A stretch of DNA of 63,896 nt, the filler included, from Streblomastix strix (taxonomy: Eukaryota), in the NCBI GenBank assembly GCA_008636045.1. It is 3 parts of 3 records of this genome, joined end to end, with 100 filler letters (N's around TTAATTAATTAA, not from the genome) between each part and the next. Parts side by side here need not be neighbours in the genome. Positions count along the whole stretch, not along the records: positions 43,461 to 63,896 come from SNRW01000432.1; 2 more parts are not named here. One strand, written 5' to 3'. Every line of letters starts with the position of its first letter. Position 1 is the stretch's first letter. Made by a program: the position numbers and the translations under genes. Shown in pieces: positions 50,942-63,896 of the stretch. The notes under the pieces are model-generated. The model was not told the origin of the DNA. It did not search any database and was given only the letters and a program-made list of their open reading frames with translations.

Positions 50942-53900
50942 ATGTCTTCCGCGTCTTCCTTTTACGCTGGGATGAGTGAGGCTGCTTTAAATGATATTAT
51001 TACTGGCGTTGCGCGCGTTTAAGATAGCCCTAAAGTGGTCGTAGCATATGTCAAACGCTTCATGGTCGCAAATCCTAAGCTGACAAAAACTGCTTGTAAT
51101 TGCATATATAAATTTTGCGATTCTGGTATGAATTAAATTTTTTTGTTTACAATTATTTTATTTTATTTTATTTATTGAAATAGAAACAAACAGAAGTATG
51201 ATGGTCTCAACGGGCGCTGTGCCCACTCTTCTCAAAGTTGTTCGAAAATATCACTCCACAGATATAGATTTGTGCTAAGCATCCCTTAAAGCGCTTCTCT
51301 CACTACTTGTTGATGGTATTTCTGTTTATATTTTAAAATTAGTACTGTTCATACTTATAAATTTCCTTCTTTTTCACAGATAAAAGTAAAGATGAATTTG
51401 CATCTAAGAATGGAGTAGAAATACTAAAGGAAGGGTTTCCTATATTTGTCGAAAAGGGACCAGAAGCCATCATATTGCTATATTAAATTATAAAAATATG
51501 TGCAAAATATGGTATATATTCGAATTTTTGTGGTTATCAACAAATATATTCTTAATACTTCCTAAATTTTTATTTCAGATCGAATGCTTAATAAGATGGT
51601 GGATAGAGGATTGGTGGAAGCTTCATTAATACCATTTGATTTCTATTTCGGGAAAGACGAAACAGTTATGTAAAACTTAATGGGTATGAAATATTATTAT
51701 GAGTTTTATTATTATTAAAATTATTATTATTTCTTTTATTAATTTATTTTTCCTTATTAATTTGTTAATAAATATTTCACAGGAGTACTTGCTGCACTAT
51801 CAGAGTCCGATTAAGGGAAATAAGATATATTAAAAAATGGAGGAATAAAAGCTATAATTGATGGTATCACGGCTTATAGGTAAATAAATTATTATAGTAA
51901 AATTATATCAATGAACAATTTATTTTTTCAATTTATTAGAGAAAAGGACACTAAAACAGTTCGATATGGATGTAATGCTCTTAGACTACTTGCTACAAAA
52001 GGTTAATATTATATTAATGTAAAAGATATTAGAATTTAAATTTATATATTTTTATAACAGAGGAAACTCATAAGCAGATTGCTGCTCTTGATGGAGTCAA
52101 AAGGTTTACACAATTTTATTTAAAGTTATTTATCACAAAGTTCTTATGTGCTGTTTGATCATTAATATATTGTTATTATTATATTTATTAACAACAGACT
52201 TGTATAACTCCTTTCACATTATGGAAAGGAAGATGCAAAGACCTCTCAAAGTATTATGAGTGTACTTGTGTTAATGACAGGTGTGATATAATATATATAT
52301 TAATATATATGATTTAATATATTTTTTTTATAAATTTTTTTATCATTTTACTAAAATTTATATCTATTTATAATATTTAGCCGATTATAGAGATATTGTT
52401 GTGTCTGAAGGAGGAATTGAAGCTTGTTTATTTACAGCTTAAACATTTTATTAAAATATATTTATTGTCAGAGGAGCTTTTAATATTCTTACTTTGCTAG
52501 CTAATGATGGTATGGTTAAATGAAAAATTGAATGAATAATATTAATAGAATTTATTTGTTTCCATTTTATTTATTATTTTTACCAAAACATTATATAGGA
52601 GCCAATGTTGAAACAATATGTGAGACAAACACAGCCGAATTCAAATCACTTTCATAATCATAATAATTAATGCTAACAGCCAAATCAGGAACATAAGGAA
52701 GTTCATAGTTATTTGGTTTTAATTAACCATAAGCAGTAAAGAAGGAGAAGGATAAATAGAAAGAAAAAGAATAAGTGTAAATTAATGAATAGGAAGAAGA
52801 TGGAGATTGGGATAATTAACAAGTGGGAATATAAATTATATAAGAAGAATAGGAAGGAGAATAACAAGAAGGAGAATAATAAGAAGGAGAATAAGAAGAA
52901 TAAAAAGAACCATAATAAGTGCAAATTGAGTTTAAAAGTGGAGTAGCTACCATTACTGAAATATACAAAGAAAATTATAAGAAATCTTTACCTCTTACCA
53001 GAGTTACTTCTGGATTCTTAGGATTAATTGCAAAGAATGGTATATACCATAATATATTAATGTGAAAGAGAATTCTATATTGATGAACAATCAATAAAAT
53101 GATAAGCATTAATTAATATTATTCAAATTATATTTTAAACTATATATATTATTTATTAATAATTAGATAAGGGGAAAGATGAATTATTGAAGTCAAATGC
53201 AATTGAAGTAATGATTGAAGCTATGGAATTCTTCTATGATTCAGTTGAAGTAAGAAATAATACTGCATCTGCTTTTACTTTAATGGCAGGAAAAGGTATT
53301 TACTACAAATATTTGTAATGAAGAAAATGTAATATGGATATATTAACAAAAATGTTGATATTATTTATTTCTATTCATTTTTCTATTTTTTCTCCTTTAT
53401 TTTTGTTTAATAATCATAATCAATATTATATAATTATAGCTGAATTTATACCACAAGTTCAATCACTTTCGTTAATATCCAGACTATTATAATTAGTATC
53501 TAAGCCATTAATACAAACCAGTTTCAGAGATGAGGAAGATTAAAAGAAAGAGAAAGAAAGAGAGAAAGAAAAAGAGATTGAAAAAGAGAAGGATTTATTA
53601 AAATAGAGATAAAAAGATAAGGAAAAATAAGGAGGTGGATTGGCTTCATCTAAATTAACTTCATCTTCAGCAACATTGGGCAGTGCTAGATCAACTGCTA
53701 CATTAACTTATTTAAATTAGACTGTTGATATACAATAATAACAATGTTTGATATTTATGTTATTAAATATATAGATATATATTATCATAAAAATTGAGTG
53801 AAAGATAAAATTGTAACAATTTGAGCTATTATTTGTTTTAAATATTTTTTATTTCATTAACAATAATTAATAGCTTCATATAGATTATCTGTTGTTGCTT

Positions 53901-56900
53901 TACTCAATGCATTAGCTGAAGACCCAAGGTTTAATATTTATTAATATTTTAAGAAATAGATAATTAAATTTATTATTATTATAATACTCAATATGAATAT
54001 TAGATTAAATAAAACATTAGCAACATTAGGAACTACAAAAGAAACAGCAAAACAGGTTTAAATATTAAATATGATTTAAATATTAATATAACATATAGGA
54101 AATAATTGTAATCATAATCATTTTTATTTTAATTATTTTAAATTTTATTGTTTTTATTTTATAGGGATCAATATTCTCAATATTATAAACAGCTTTAAGT
54201 GATGAAAAATTTGATCCAGTCATAATAGATCATTGCAACAATATAATAGGAAAGGTTTAAATTGAAATTATTGTACTATTAATTATTATTTACATATTTA
54301 TTCTATTTTAATATTTATTATTATTTAGGTTGCTTTATCATCGTTTAATAGTCAATAATAAAGAATAATGGCTAAGAGAGCTAGAGCTGAAGAAGAATAC
54401 AAGTTGAATTATTATTTAACTTTAATTTATTATTATTAATAATTTTTCATATATATTATTTTATATACATGTAGGAGATAATTAGCTGAATTAGAAGCAT
54501 AAGATCAAGTAGTAATACCAGAAACCAATAATGAAGAATAAGATAAATCAAATGATAATAAGAAAGATAAGAAAGAGAAGAAGAAGGAGAAGAAAGAAAG
54601 AGAAAAGAAAGAAAGAGAAGAATAAAAGAAGAAGAAAGAAGAAGAAGAAGAAAGAGAGAAGGAGAAACAGAGATTGGAGGAAGAGGAAGAAAAATTGAAT
54701 TTTGATATTGCACCATTCGCTGCAAAAGTATTATTATAAAAATATTAATTATATTCATTCATATTATGTTTATATTATTTATATTTGTAATAGTCCCTTC
54801 CACTTCTTGGAGAAGGTATTAGAAAATATATTGCTATATATGATGCAAATATTATTCAAAATGCTGATGACGTATAAAAATTAAGGTTTTAACAATATTT
54901 TATTAATCATATTTTGTCTTATTTATATTATTTAATAATTTTCCTTTTTAAAACTATATAGTTTTGGATCTAGTGCAGTTGTTGCAGTAACAAACCTGGC
55001 AATGCACGTTGAAATAGAATAATTAAATGAGACTCAATAAGTAATGGGTAAGTTAAATTAATTGTATAAATAAAATAGAATATTAAATAAATATAGATAG
55101 AAAATTAATATTTTAATATTATTAAATATAATTTTAATTCTATTTTTAATAGGAGCAATGATTGAAGCAGTAAAAGAAAGTGAAGAAGATTAGTAAGCAG
55201 CTAAATTGGAGGAAGCAAATGTTGCAGGAGGTTTATTTTAATAAAACATTTATTAATTTATTTAAATCAGAATTTTAAATTATAAAAGATTAATTATTTA
55301 TTAATATTTATTTATTTTGTTTTAAAAATATATTATTTAAAATTATTATTATATTAGATCAAGTATTTTTATAATCGGCAGTGGATAACAGTTCAGATTT
55401 AGTTTGAATATTATATTATTTGAAATGAATTGGAATTCAAATTGAAAATAATAATGAAACTAAATTAAAATATAATAATATTTTTATTTTATATTCATTT
55501 CTTAGATTGACTAAGAATTTCATGATCCTGCCCAAACTTAAGGTTTACAATTAATTCTAATATTTTATATATTTATTTAATTCTCTTTTTTTATTCTATA
55601 ATCATATTATATTTCAATTATAGATGTACCATTAAAGTCTCAAAGCTAAATTAATACCCCTCTTAAAAAAACCGGTTCAGGTAATTATCCAATATTTAAT
55701 ATAATTAATATTTCTTTCTTTTATTTTTAAATTTATACTAATTTTTTTTAGGATCTTCATCATCAACATAAATGTCATCTAGTTAACAATTAGGTTAGAG
55801 CTCAGCTACAGATGTTCAAAGTATGAATAAAAATAATTCATAAACAATATTATTATTATTTATTTATTGCTATTAAATGTTAAATGTATTATAGCAATGC
55901 TAAGACAGAGAAGAGAAAGTCTAAGAACAAGAGCATGGGGTGGATTACTTAACTTAACATCACTACCAAAAATTAGAGGTTCTTTTGTTCAGGTTTATAC
56001 AATATATTAGAAAAGAAACAATTATCATTTTCAGATGATTAAAAAATATTTAATTTTATTCTTATTATTAATTAATATCAAATATTTTTTTCTTTCATAT
56101 TTTTAATTAGTCTGGTGGAGTCCCATTTTTATTGAAATAAATGAGAGATTAATTAATTCTTATGTAAAAGAAAGCGAAGAGTTTTAATCCAATGAGATGC
56201 AACTTCATTATTAAAGTTGTTGCAAATGCTACTGCAGATATTAAAGTATTTTTAGATATAATAAATAAAGAGAATAGAAGGACTTATAAAATTATTAAAT
56301 TCAGTTCAATTTTACTATTATAATTTATTATTATTATATGAAATATATTAATAGGTTGCAGCAATATTTGCTGATACTCCAGGAGCCACAAGAGAGATAT
56401 TTAGAGGATTAAGTATATTAGTGGGTTTATTAGGAAAGGATTAGATTTCCAAAAAGGTAATGAACTTTTATATTAATATAAATTTTTAATTTGCTATTTA
56501 ATTATTACTAAATTATTATTATTTTTTTTTATTAATTTGAAAAGGCTGAAGAATTAGCTCGACATTTAACTCAAGTAGTTTCATCACTCATTATTCATTC
56601 CAAAACGGCTTTAGTAGAAGCAACGGAACCTATTGGAGTATCATCTTCAAATCAGAAGATATATCCAGTAGATATAATGATCAGAACATGCTTAGCATTT
56701 CATAGAACAGATAAAGCAACTGTTAAGAATGCAGCAAGAACTATATTAAAACTTTGCTATTTTGCTCCAGCTACATATTTTGCTAAATTTGAAACATTGT
56801 CACAAATTCAAACATAATCAGTATCAGGTGGTGGAGCAAGTAGAGGCAGAGATGATGGATTAGTTAGAGGAGCTAGATAACAATCAATGAGAAATATGCA

Positions 56901-59900
56901 AAGCACTTCACCATTTGGTTCTGTAGATAGAAAGAATTAATCTAATCTATCCCAAACTAATGTATCATTCAATGAAGATGGATCATAATTCTCTCCATTG
57001 GGTGAAGATGGCATTCTCTCTCCAACATAATCTGCAGAAGCCAGAATAGTTGAGATCCCATAGGGAGTAACTGCAATACTTTCCCTTTATGCTTCATTTG
57101 ATATGATTGCAAGAGAAGATGGAGATTATGACTCAGATGTGAATGAACCAGAGATTGATGATGAGCCAAATTACTAATAAATGGAGAGAGATGAGGATAA
57201 GGATGACAGTGATTCTGATGAGGAAACATTTGAATAGGAGAATAAAAGGAAGGAAGAAGAAGAAAGAAGAAAGAAAGAAGCTCTTCTTGCATCAAAAAGG
57301 AAATAATTAGCTGGTTCATTGAGTGGTTCAAAGGAAAAAGCTAGTGAAATACTCTTATAATTTTCTCGTATTATTGTCTGCTTATCACATTTCGCTGTTC
57401 ATTAATCTAAATTTGGATTATCATATGTTGAAGGTGTTGGAAGAGGAGGACATTAATTGATTAAAGGATAATTATAAGATGAATAAATCCTTGAAGGAGA
57501 AGAAGATAATGGAACTGGATGGTAAATTGAACCAACTTCTGAGTCTAATGGGAAGAAATAAACTACAACCTAATCTTCAAAATAATCTCCACGATCTTTG
57601 AAATAAACTGGAACTTCATCATCACCAAGAAATGTCTCTTAATCATTAGATGGAAGTATTGATTCATCTTCTAATAAACTCTGGGGAGTGTCAAGTTTAG
57701 GATTAACATCATCTCCATTATATGAATAGATATTTAGAACTAAGATGCTAAGACCAATAATTAATTCATTGATGATGCATGTCAGATTGAGAGAGGAGAA
57801 GAAGAGGATGATGGAAGCAGAAGCTATATAGAGAAGTTTTAGAGGATAGAAACCAAAGGTTGGGACTGGCGCTCCTTTGAGTAAAAGAAGCTTAAAAGGT
57901 GAAGGAGGATCAGATACTGCATCTCAATCTGGATCTGTTGCTTAATAATCAGGAGTTGGTACATAATAGAGAGGAAGAGGAAATTTAAAGGCGCTTTAAG
58001 AGAAGGATGAAAAACTGTCTTAAATATCAATGAAAAGCACACGTTCAAAAGCATCAGTCTCAAGTAAGAGAAGTGCAATGTCAGGATCTACTCACAGAAG
58101 CCAGAAGAAATCTTTATCAGATGAAATTCCACCTGCGATTTCAATGGAACCATTGGTGATGTCTCCAATACAATACGAATTATTCTATCTTATAGCAACA
58201 CATCTCTGGAATGCAGCATCGTATTCTAAAAATATTTGTAAGAAAATATATTAGTTAGAAGGTGTAGAGTCAATATGTAGTATATTACAGACACTTATTG
58301 ATGAAATTGAAAAAGATAAGAAAGAAGATAAAGACAATTAACTTAATGAAGAATAATCTAAAACATTACAAGGTCTATCAATAGAAGCACCACAAACATA
58401 ATCATCATCAGGATCATCTTCATCTTCATCATCATCTGGGACCTCAACAGGAATTACATCTTCATCTTCATCATCTTCATCTACCACTTCAAGCTCATCT
58501 TCATCTTCATCTGAATCCAGTTCTATAAGTCAAATAGGAAAGGAAATTAAGACAATTGCTGAGGAAGAAGGAATGAAATTGGAAGAAGGAAAGAAAGTTG
58601 GAGCTGCAGCTGCTGCTGAAGCCGCTGCCGCAAATTAAGATTTATTGGATAAGAATAAACCATAAGGACCATTAAAAAGAATAAAGATTGTTAAGAGAAT
58701 TGATATGGATACAACTACAGCTAAATTATTAACTGGAGTCCTTGGAATGATCTCAGTTGAGCCTCATTCACACAAACATTTCTTAATTCCCCATTGCTTC
58801 CCAATTCTAACAAGATTATTCAGATCTGAATTAGAGAAAGCGCAGAGATTCTGTATGAATGTTCCTCCACCATAAGTAGGAAGAACAAAGACTCCAATAA
58901 AAACTCAAAGTCCAATGGCTGCACCAAATGCTACTTAATAAGCAGGGAAAACAGGCACAACAAATGTTGCTCTTACTCGTTAGGGTTCATCTACAAATGC
59001 AAGTTTGGTCAGATAATCATCAACAACTAATTCAAGCATGGTCCGTTAACCTTCTTTTACTAACACAAGCATTGTCAGTTAATCATCAACTAATTCTAAA
59101 ATAGCTCGTCCAATATCTTCAGGTGCCCAATAAAATAAAAACGGTCAAAAGAAACCAGTTGTATAAGATACAAAACAAGCTGATACTAATCCTGTGTAGA
59201 TTGGTGCATAGTTAAGTAATAAATCAAATACCAGTTCTGAAACTTCCTCTCAAAAATCTTATAAAACTAAACCATTAGTAAATCCTGCTTAAGAATTCTT
59301 AAACAAATACCCAGATTCTATTCTTGCATAAGCAGCAGTAAGGTACTCGTCAATACCAAAAATGAGAGAAACAAAGAAATCTAAGAAAGCGAGATTAACA
59401 GCAATTGGAGATACAATAAATTACATACTTTCCATATTCTGGAATATCACAGGTGCTCCATCAGGTAAGAAAGCGATTCGTGGAGCTGAAGCAATTAATA
59501 CAAATAAAGGAATTGGATTAATTCTGGACTTGTTGTGTGCAAGACGTGATGAAATTCCATTCTTAGCTGAATCTAAAATGATTAAAGCGATTATAGGGAC
59601 ATTATCTTGTCTTGCATACAAAGGTTTAAATTATTATTTAAACTATTAATAAATCATATTTCTTATTTTTAATATATACCAAACTTAGAAACAAACCACC
59701 AACAATTAATTTCAAGAGGGGTTCGAATGTTTGTTGATGCTATAAATGCATTTAAAAATGAACCACTAATTGAATAGTATGGATGTTGTTTATTCTGGAA
59801 TTTAGCTACAACAGACAAAGCAAGAGAGTTGTTGGGTAAAGAAGGTGCATTGGCAATGGCTGTACGTGTATTCAAAGTGAGATCAGTTCCTGCTTCATAA

Positions 59901-60818
59901 TAATAGGTCATTATTGGAGGAGGTGGAGCAGGTGCATCTTAGATCTCTATTTCACGATAATCATCAATGACAGCTAAATCTATCAGATCTACATTGTCAA
60001 AATCTCCATCAAGAGGTACAATATTATCTTCTGCTACTCAATCTGTTCCTCCAAAGCCAATTAATTTCTTCTCAGCTGTACTCATCTTGGAGAAAGCAAT
60101 TGGCACATTAATAAGTTTATGCACACTAAAGAAGAATAGTGTTGCTGCTTAAGAAAACGGACTTATTGAACCACTTATGGCCTTCGTTTAAATCCTTGTT
60201 ACTAATCAAACCATATCATAAGTAGCAACCTCTGGCACACCTTCAACATCAACCACACCACATGGATCTGTTCATAATGCTTATACTCAAGGGAAAGAAA
60301 GTACTTAAACATTGTAAGGAACAACACATTCTGTTGTTTCTGAAAAATCATCCTCTGCATTTGGTTAAGGACTTGGTCAGGTTGATGGCGCAATGTCGAC
60401 ATCACCATTATTATTACGAAGTTTAGAATTAATAACACATCTTGTATAGACACGTGAAGGAGAATACGATGTTGTTAAACACAATGGAATAGCATTTCTC
60501 ACATAATTGATGGAATTACGTTTGTAGGAAGAAGCACTTGTCTTTCGTGCTGCAACTATTCTCTGTACTATTGCACAGGACATGAAGAAAGTGAGATTGG
60601 ATCTTGTAAAGGCTGGTGGATCTAACATCATTCACGAAGCTGCTCGAACATATCAACGATCGTAAAACAAAACTATTGTTAAACTCCTTGCCAAATTATA
60701 GGAGATGGTTTACCCAAAACCAGATCCAAAGTGGAAAGGCGGATAAAATAAAACTGATGCTTCAAAGGAAGTAGCAACACCATCAGTGAAGGACTCAGCA
60801 GCAGCAAAAGCGAAGTGA
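50942..60818 (+). CDS. Very large armadillo-repeat protein with many introns and low-complexity inserts
   Basis: MSSASSFYAG start; ARM-like units NRSMMVSTGAVPTLLKVV, KNGGIKAIIDGI, YGCNALRLLA, SEGGIEACL, YGCCLFWNLATTDKARELLGKEGA, VKAGGSNII; about 30 GT-AG introns; ends AAKAK-TGA. Confidence 0.82.
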
Positions 60819-61197
60819 GCAAATATCAGCAAAATTGTCTTAATTTTTCTTTACTCTTTGTTCAAGTCACAAATACAATACATCAACAATTTCATTATGT
60901 TTAAATATTTCATAATTTTATTTCTAAATCAACACACTCTAATTTTTTGAGCTGAAATAAATGATCAAAGATAAAGAAGACGATGATTTCTTGAGTTTAT
61001 TCCATTGCAAAATTAAAACCAGTGAATAATTTTTTTTTGCATTTTTTCGCTTATTTATATTTTCTATTCTTAAGTATAACTATTATTGAAATTAATTTTT
61101 TAGTTGTCGCACATTTTTAAACTGTAATTTTTGTGGAATATAATTTTTAATTTATTTTTTTGTTTTTTCTTCGTGTATAAAATAGTTTTCACATAAA

Positions 61198-63896
61198 ATG
61201 GCTGCTGCTGCTACAAAAACAGCACGTAGTGGCGGAAACACAACTAATCAGTATGATTTTCATATGTAAGTGTACCAAATTATCGATTTTATTTATTTTC
61301 TTTTTTTGTTTCGTCTATTTCGTCATATGCTCATAGCTAAACGACTACGCACAGAATTCATGAACAACCTCCTTAGCCACAACCGTCTGCATTAACAAAC
61401 ACAATGGTTGAGATTCTCCTCAGCGACATGGACGCATCAAAAGTTTGTTGATATACTTCTGACGTTTTTAGAACATTTTTGATTATCTATTATTTTTCAG
61501 GTGATGACAGATGAGCTAGGAAATATTGTTCCTCTTCAACTTAACCCATATATAGTCTCGTAATACAAATTCACAAACACAATTTCCAGGAGGCGTCTTG
61601 TTAAATACACATCAGATCTTGCTCCCTAAGAACAGACAAGCATGACAAGTGTGGAAATTATTTTAATTTGTTATTTAAAATCAATTTCTTACAGAAAGTC
61701 TTTACCAAAACCAGGATATAGGTTCTAACGGATAAGCACTCAATGACAAGATGAGATTAGAACCAATTCTCTCAACTGATTAATAACTTCGACAACAGAT
61801 TCGAAGGAAGGTTAAGAAAGAGCTTGGTGTGAATGGATCTAATTAACCATATGATGATGGATTGAATGATGATGATGATGTAGAATAACCACAGACACCT
61901 GATTTGGGAGCATCTGGAGACATGAAAGGAGCAGAAGGAGGAGGAGATAAGATTGGAGGAGGCAGAGCTAAAGGAATATGTCAGATAGCAGCTCAATAAC
62001 AGATTAATTCAGGTAATCTTCTTGGAATGGGGATGAAACCACAAACACGATCTCCTTTTGCAGAAGTATTCTCAGATCCAGACAGACAATCTAAAAGAGG
62101 AGAATTCTCTCCTTTCTCATCAAAGACAGTCCCATAAATGGATGCACAAGCCAATGCACAGCAGAAGAAGGGCAATAAGAGAGTTGAATAAGCAAAAGAA
62201 TTGGGGATCCCACTTGATTAGGATGAGGAAGAAGAAGAAGATGGAGAAGATCTGAACTTTGAAGATTTCAGTGCTAAATAAGACAATGTTGATATTGGAT
62301 TCAATGGGAAGAAGAAGAAGAAGAATAAACGCGCTGACAGATCAATTGTTGAGGCTATGGAGAAGAAAGTTGAAGAAAGGTGTATATTAAATCAATTTAT
62401 TCTTAATGAAAGATGAACTGACAATTATAAATATAATATATTCACACAATTACTTTCTTTCATTATTCATTATTTTCATTAATATCAAATACAGACATGA
62501 AAAGAATGTTAGTTCATCTGTTGTACTTGGAGGAGGAGGTGGAACTGGATTAGGAGCTGCTAAGGTATTATTATTATTAAAAGGATTAAATGATTAGTTT
62601 TATATAATACAATTATTTATAATTACCTTTGAAATATGAATATTATTTTCCACTTTCATTCTATTTTTATTCATTCAATATCCTTCTTCATATACATTTA
62701 TATAATCAGGAGAAGAAGAATAAGAAATAATCAAAGATATTACCACCCAATGCGAGATCTCTTGGAGAGAAGAATATCAACTTATACAAATCACCCATCA
62801 GGAAATAAATGGAGGGTGTTTTAATGGGGACAATATTTGAAGGATAAGAGGTTTATATTCATATAGTTGAATAAGATGAAGAATTAAATATTAATAATAA
62901 TATTAATATTCTATTTTTCATTTTCAATTTAATTTGATTATTTCAGGTTTTCGATGAAGATTAAGAAGAGGAAGAAGGAACAGGATCAGTTTCTGGTGGT
63001 GAATAACAAAGTGTGATTCTTTATTCTTCATATTATATATTATATATATTATTGTTTTTAAATCTTTTAATCTATAAATTTAATTAATAGACATAACACC
63101 CACAGAAAGAACAGTTGCTCTTCGTTAATCAGTTGCAGCTTAATCATAAACAGCACAATCAATTGGAGGATAATCAATTGGAGGATAATCAGGTATATAA
63201 ACATATGGAGCATCTTATACAACAAGATCAGATGGGAATAATCTTCCTTCATTAGCAACAAGAAGATCAGGTATAAATATATTATTGGGAATTAAATAAG
63301 GGGAAATAAAATTAGATAGAAATTATTATTATCTATCATTTGTTTATCTTATTTATAATTAATTGCTATTTAGGCCATTCACGTATTCCAATGATGGTGA
63401 CAAAGAAACTTGAACCAAATAATGAACGTGCTCTTGATGACATTGTCAATGAAAAGGAGGTTGAAGATGCTTCCCTTTAAAAGTATGCAAGAAACTACTA
63501 TTATATAAAAATTTAAAAATAATTGAGAAAAATTGTTTATTATTATTTCCATTACTCTTTATATATTAAATTTAGATATGTGCATCTGGGTATCGCTTCA
63601 CCATCGTATTCAGTAACACAATTCCAGAAGTTCATGGTTAAGACTCAATAAGAAACAGACTCATCAGAAAAGGGCGAGATAAACAAGAGTATGTATTTTT
63701 GTTATATCATTTAGTATACATGTTTAATTTATGTTAGAAGAATAGCATAAATCTTACTTACTCTTAATATTTTATTTTAATTATCTCTCTTCATCTACCT
63801 ATTCTTATTCACAGGCGAGGATGAGAAACATTTGTTGATGAAAACATTCAACGAGAAACAAGTTTGCCATATTCTAATAATACAGTTAAAATTAAA
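61198..63896 (+). CDS. Multi-exon gene of unknown function with Gly-rich and acidic low-complexity segments, runs off the right edge
   Basis: MAAAATKTARSGGNTTNQYDFH start with a gtaagt donor; successive GT-AG exons (VMTDELGNIVPLQLNPYIV; GHSRIPMMVTKKLEPNNERALDDIVNE). Confidence 0.7.

Noticed and set aside
63155..63195. 15-bp tandem repeat aatcaattggaggat
   Set aside because: Ordinary coding low-complexity repeat (QSIGG).

Overview
This is very AT-rich, intron-rich eukaryotic DNA read with a non-standard code: TAA/TAG = Gln and TGA is the only stop. The supplied standard-code ORF track is therefore mostly fragments or antisense noise. The code, short GT-AG introns and DIRS content fit an oxymonad such as Streblomastix (inference). 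The window is three contigs joined by artificial 100-nt N/TTAATTAATTAA linkers. Contig 1 (1-21636) holds a USP7-like deubiquitinase, an ARM-like/coiled-coil/SPRY-like protein, a 2x RanBP2-zinc-finger protein, a thioredoxin/TMX-like membrane protein, a 2-Cys peroxiredoxin and part of RPL37. Contig 2 (21737-43360) is one giant palindrome of two ~10.67-kb arms with a 292-bp spacer. Each arm carries a HECT E3, a membrane RING-H2 E3, a 266-bp element with 26-bp TIRs and, next to the axis, an intact intronless ~795-aa Prim-Pol primase plus SF3/D5-like helicase gene. That gene is bracketed by ~145-bp inverted repeats containing iteron-like motifs and is the best candidate for an undescribed mobile or replicating unit. 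Contig 3 (43461-63896) holds a decayed DIRS-type tyrosine-recombinase retrotransposon, duplicated gene fragments, a ~10-kb ARM-repeat gene and a partial unknown gene. All translations were done by eye, so exon boundaries are approximate.
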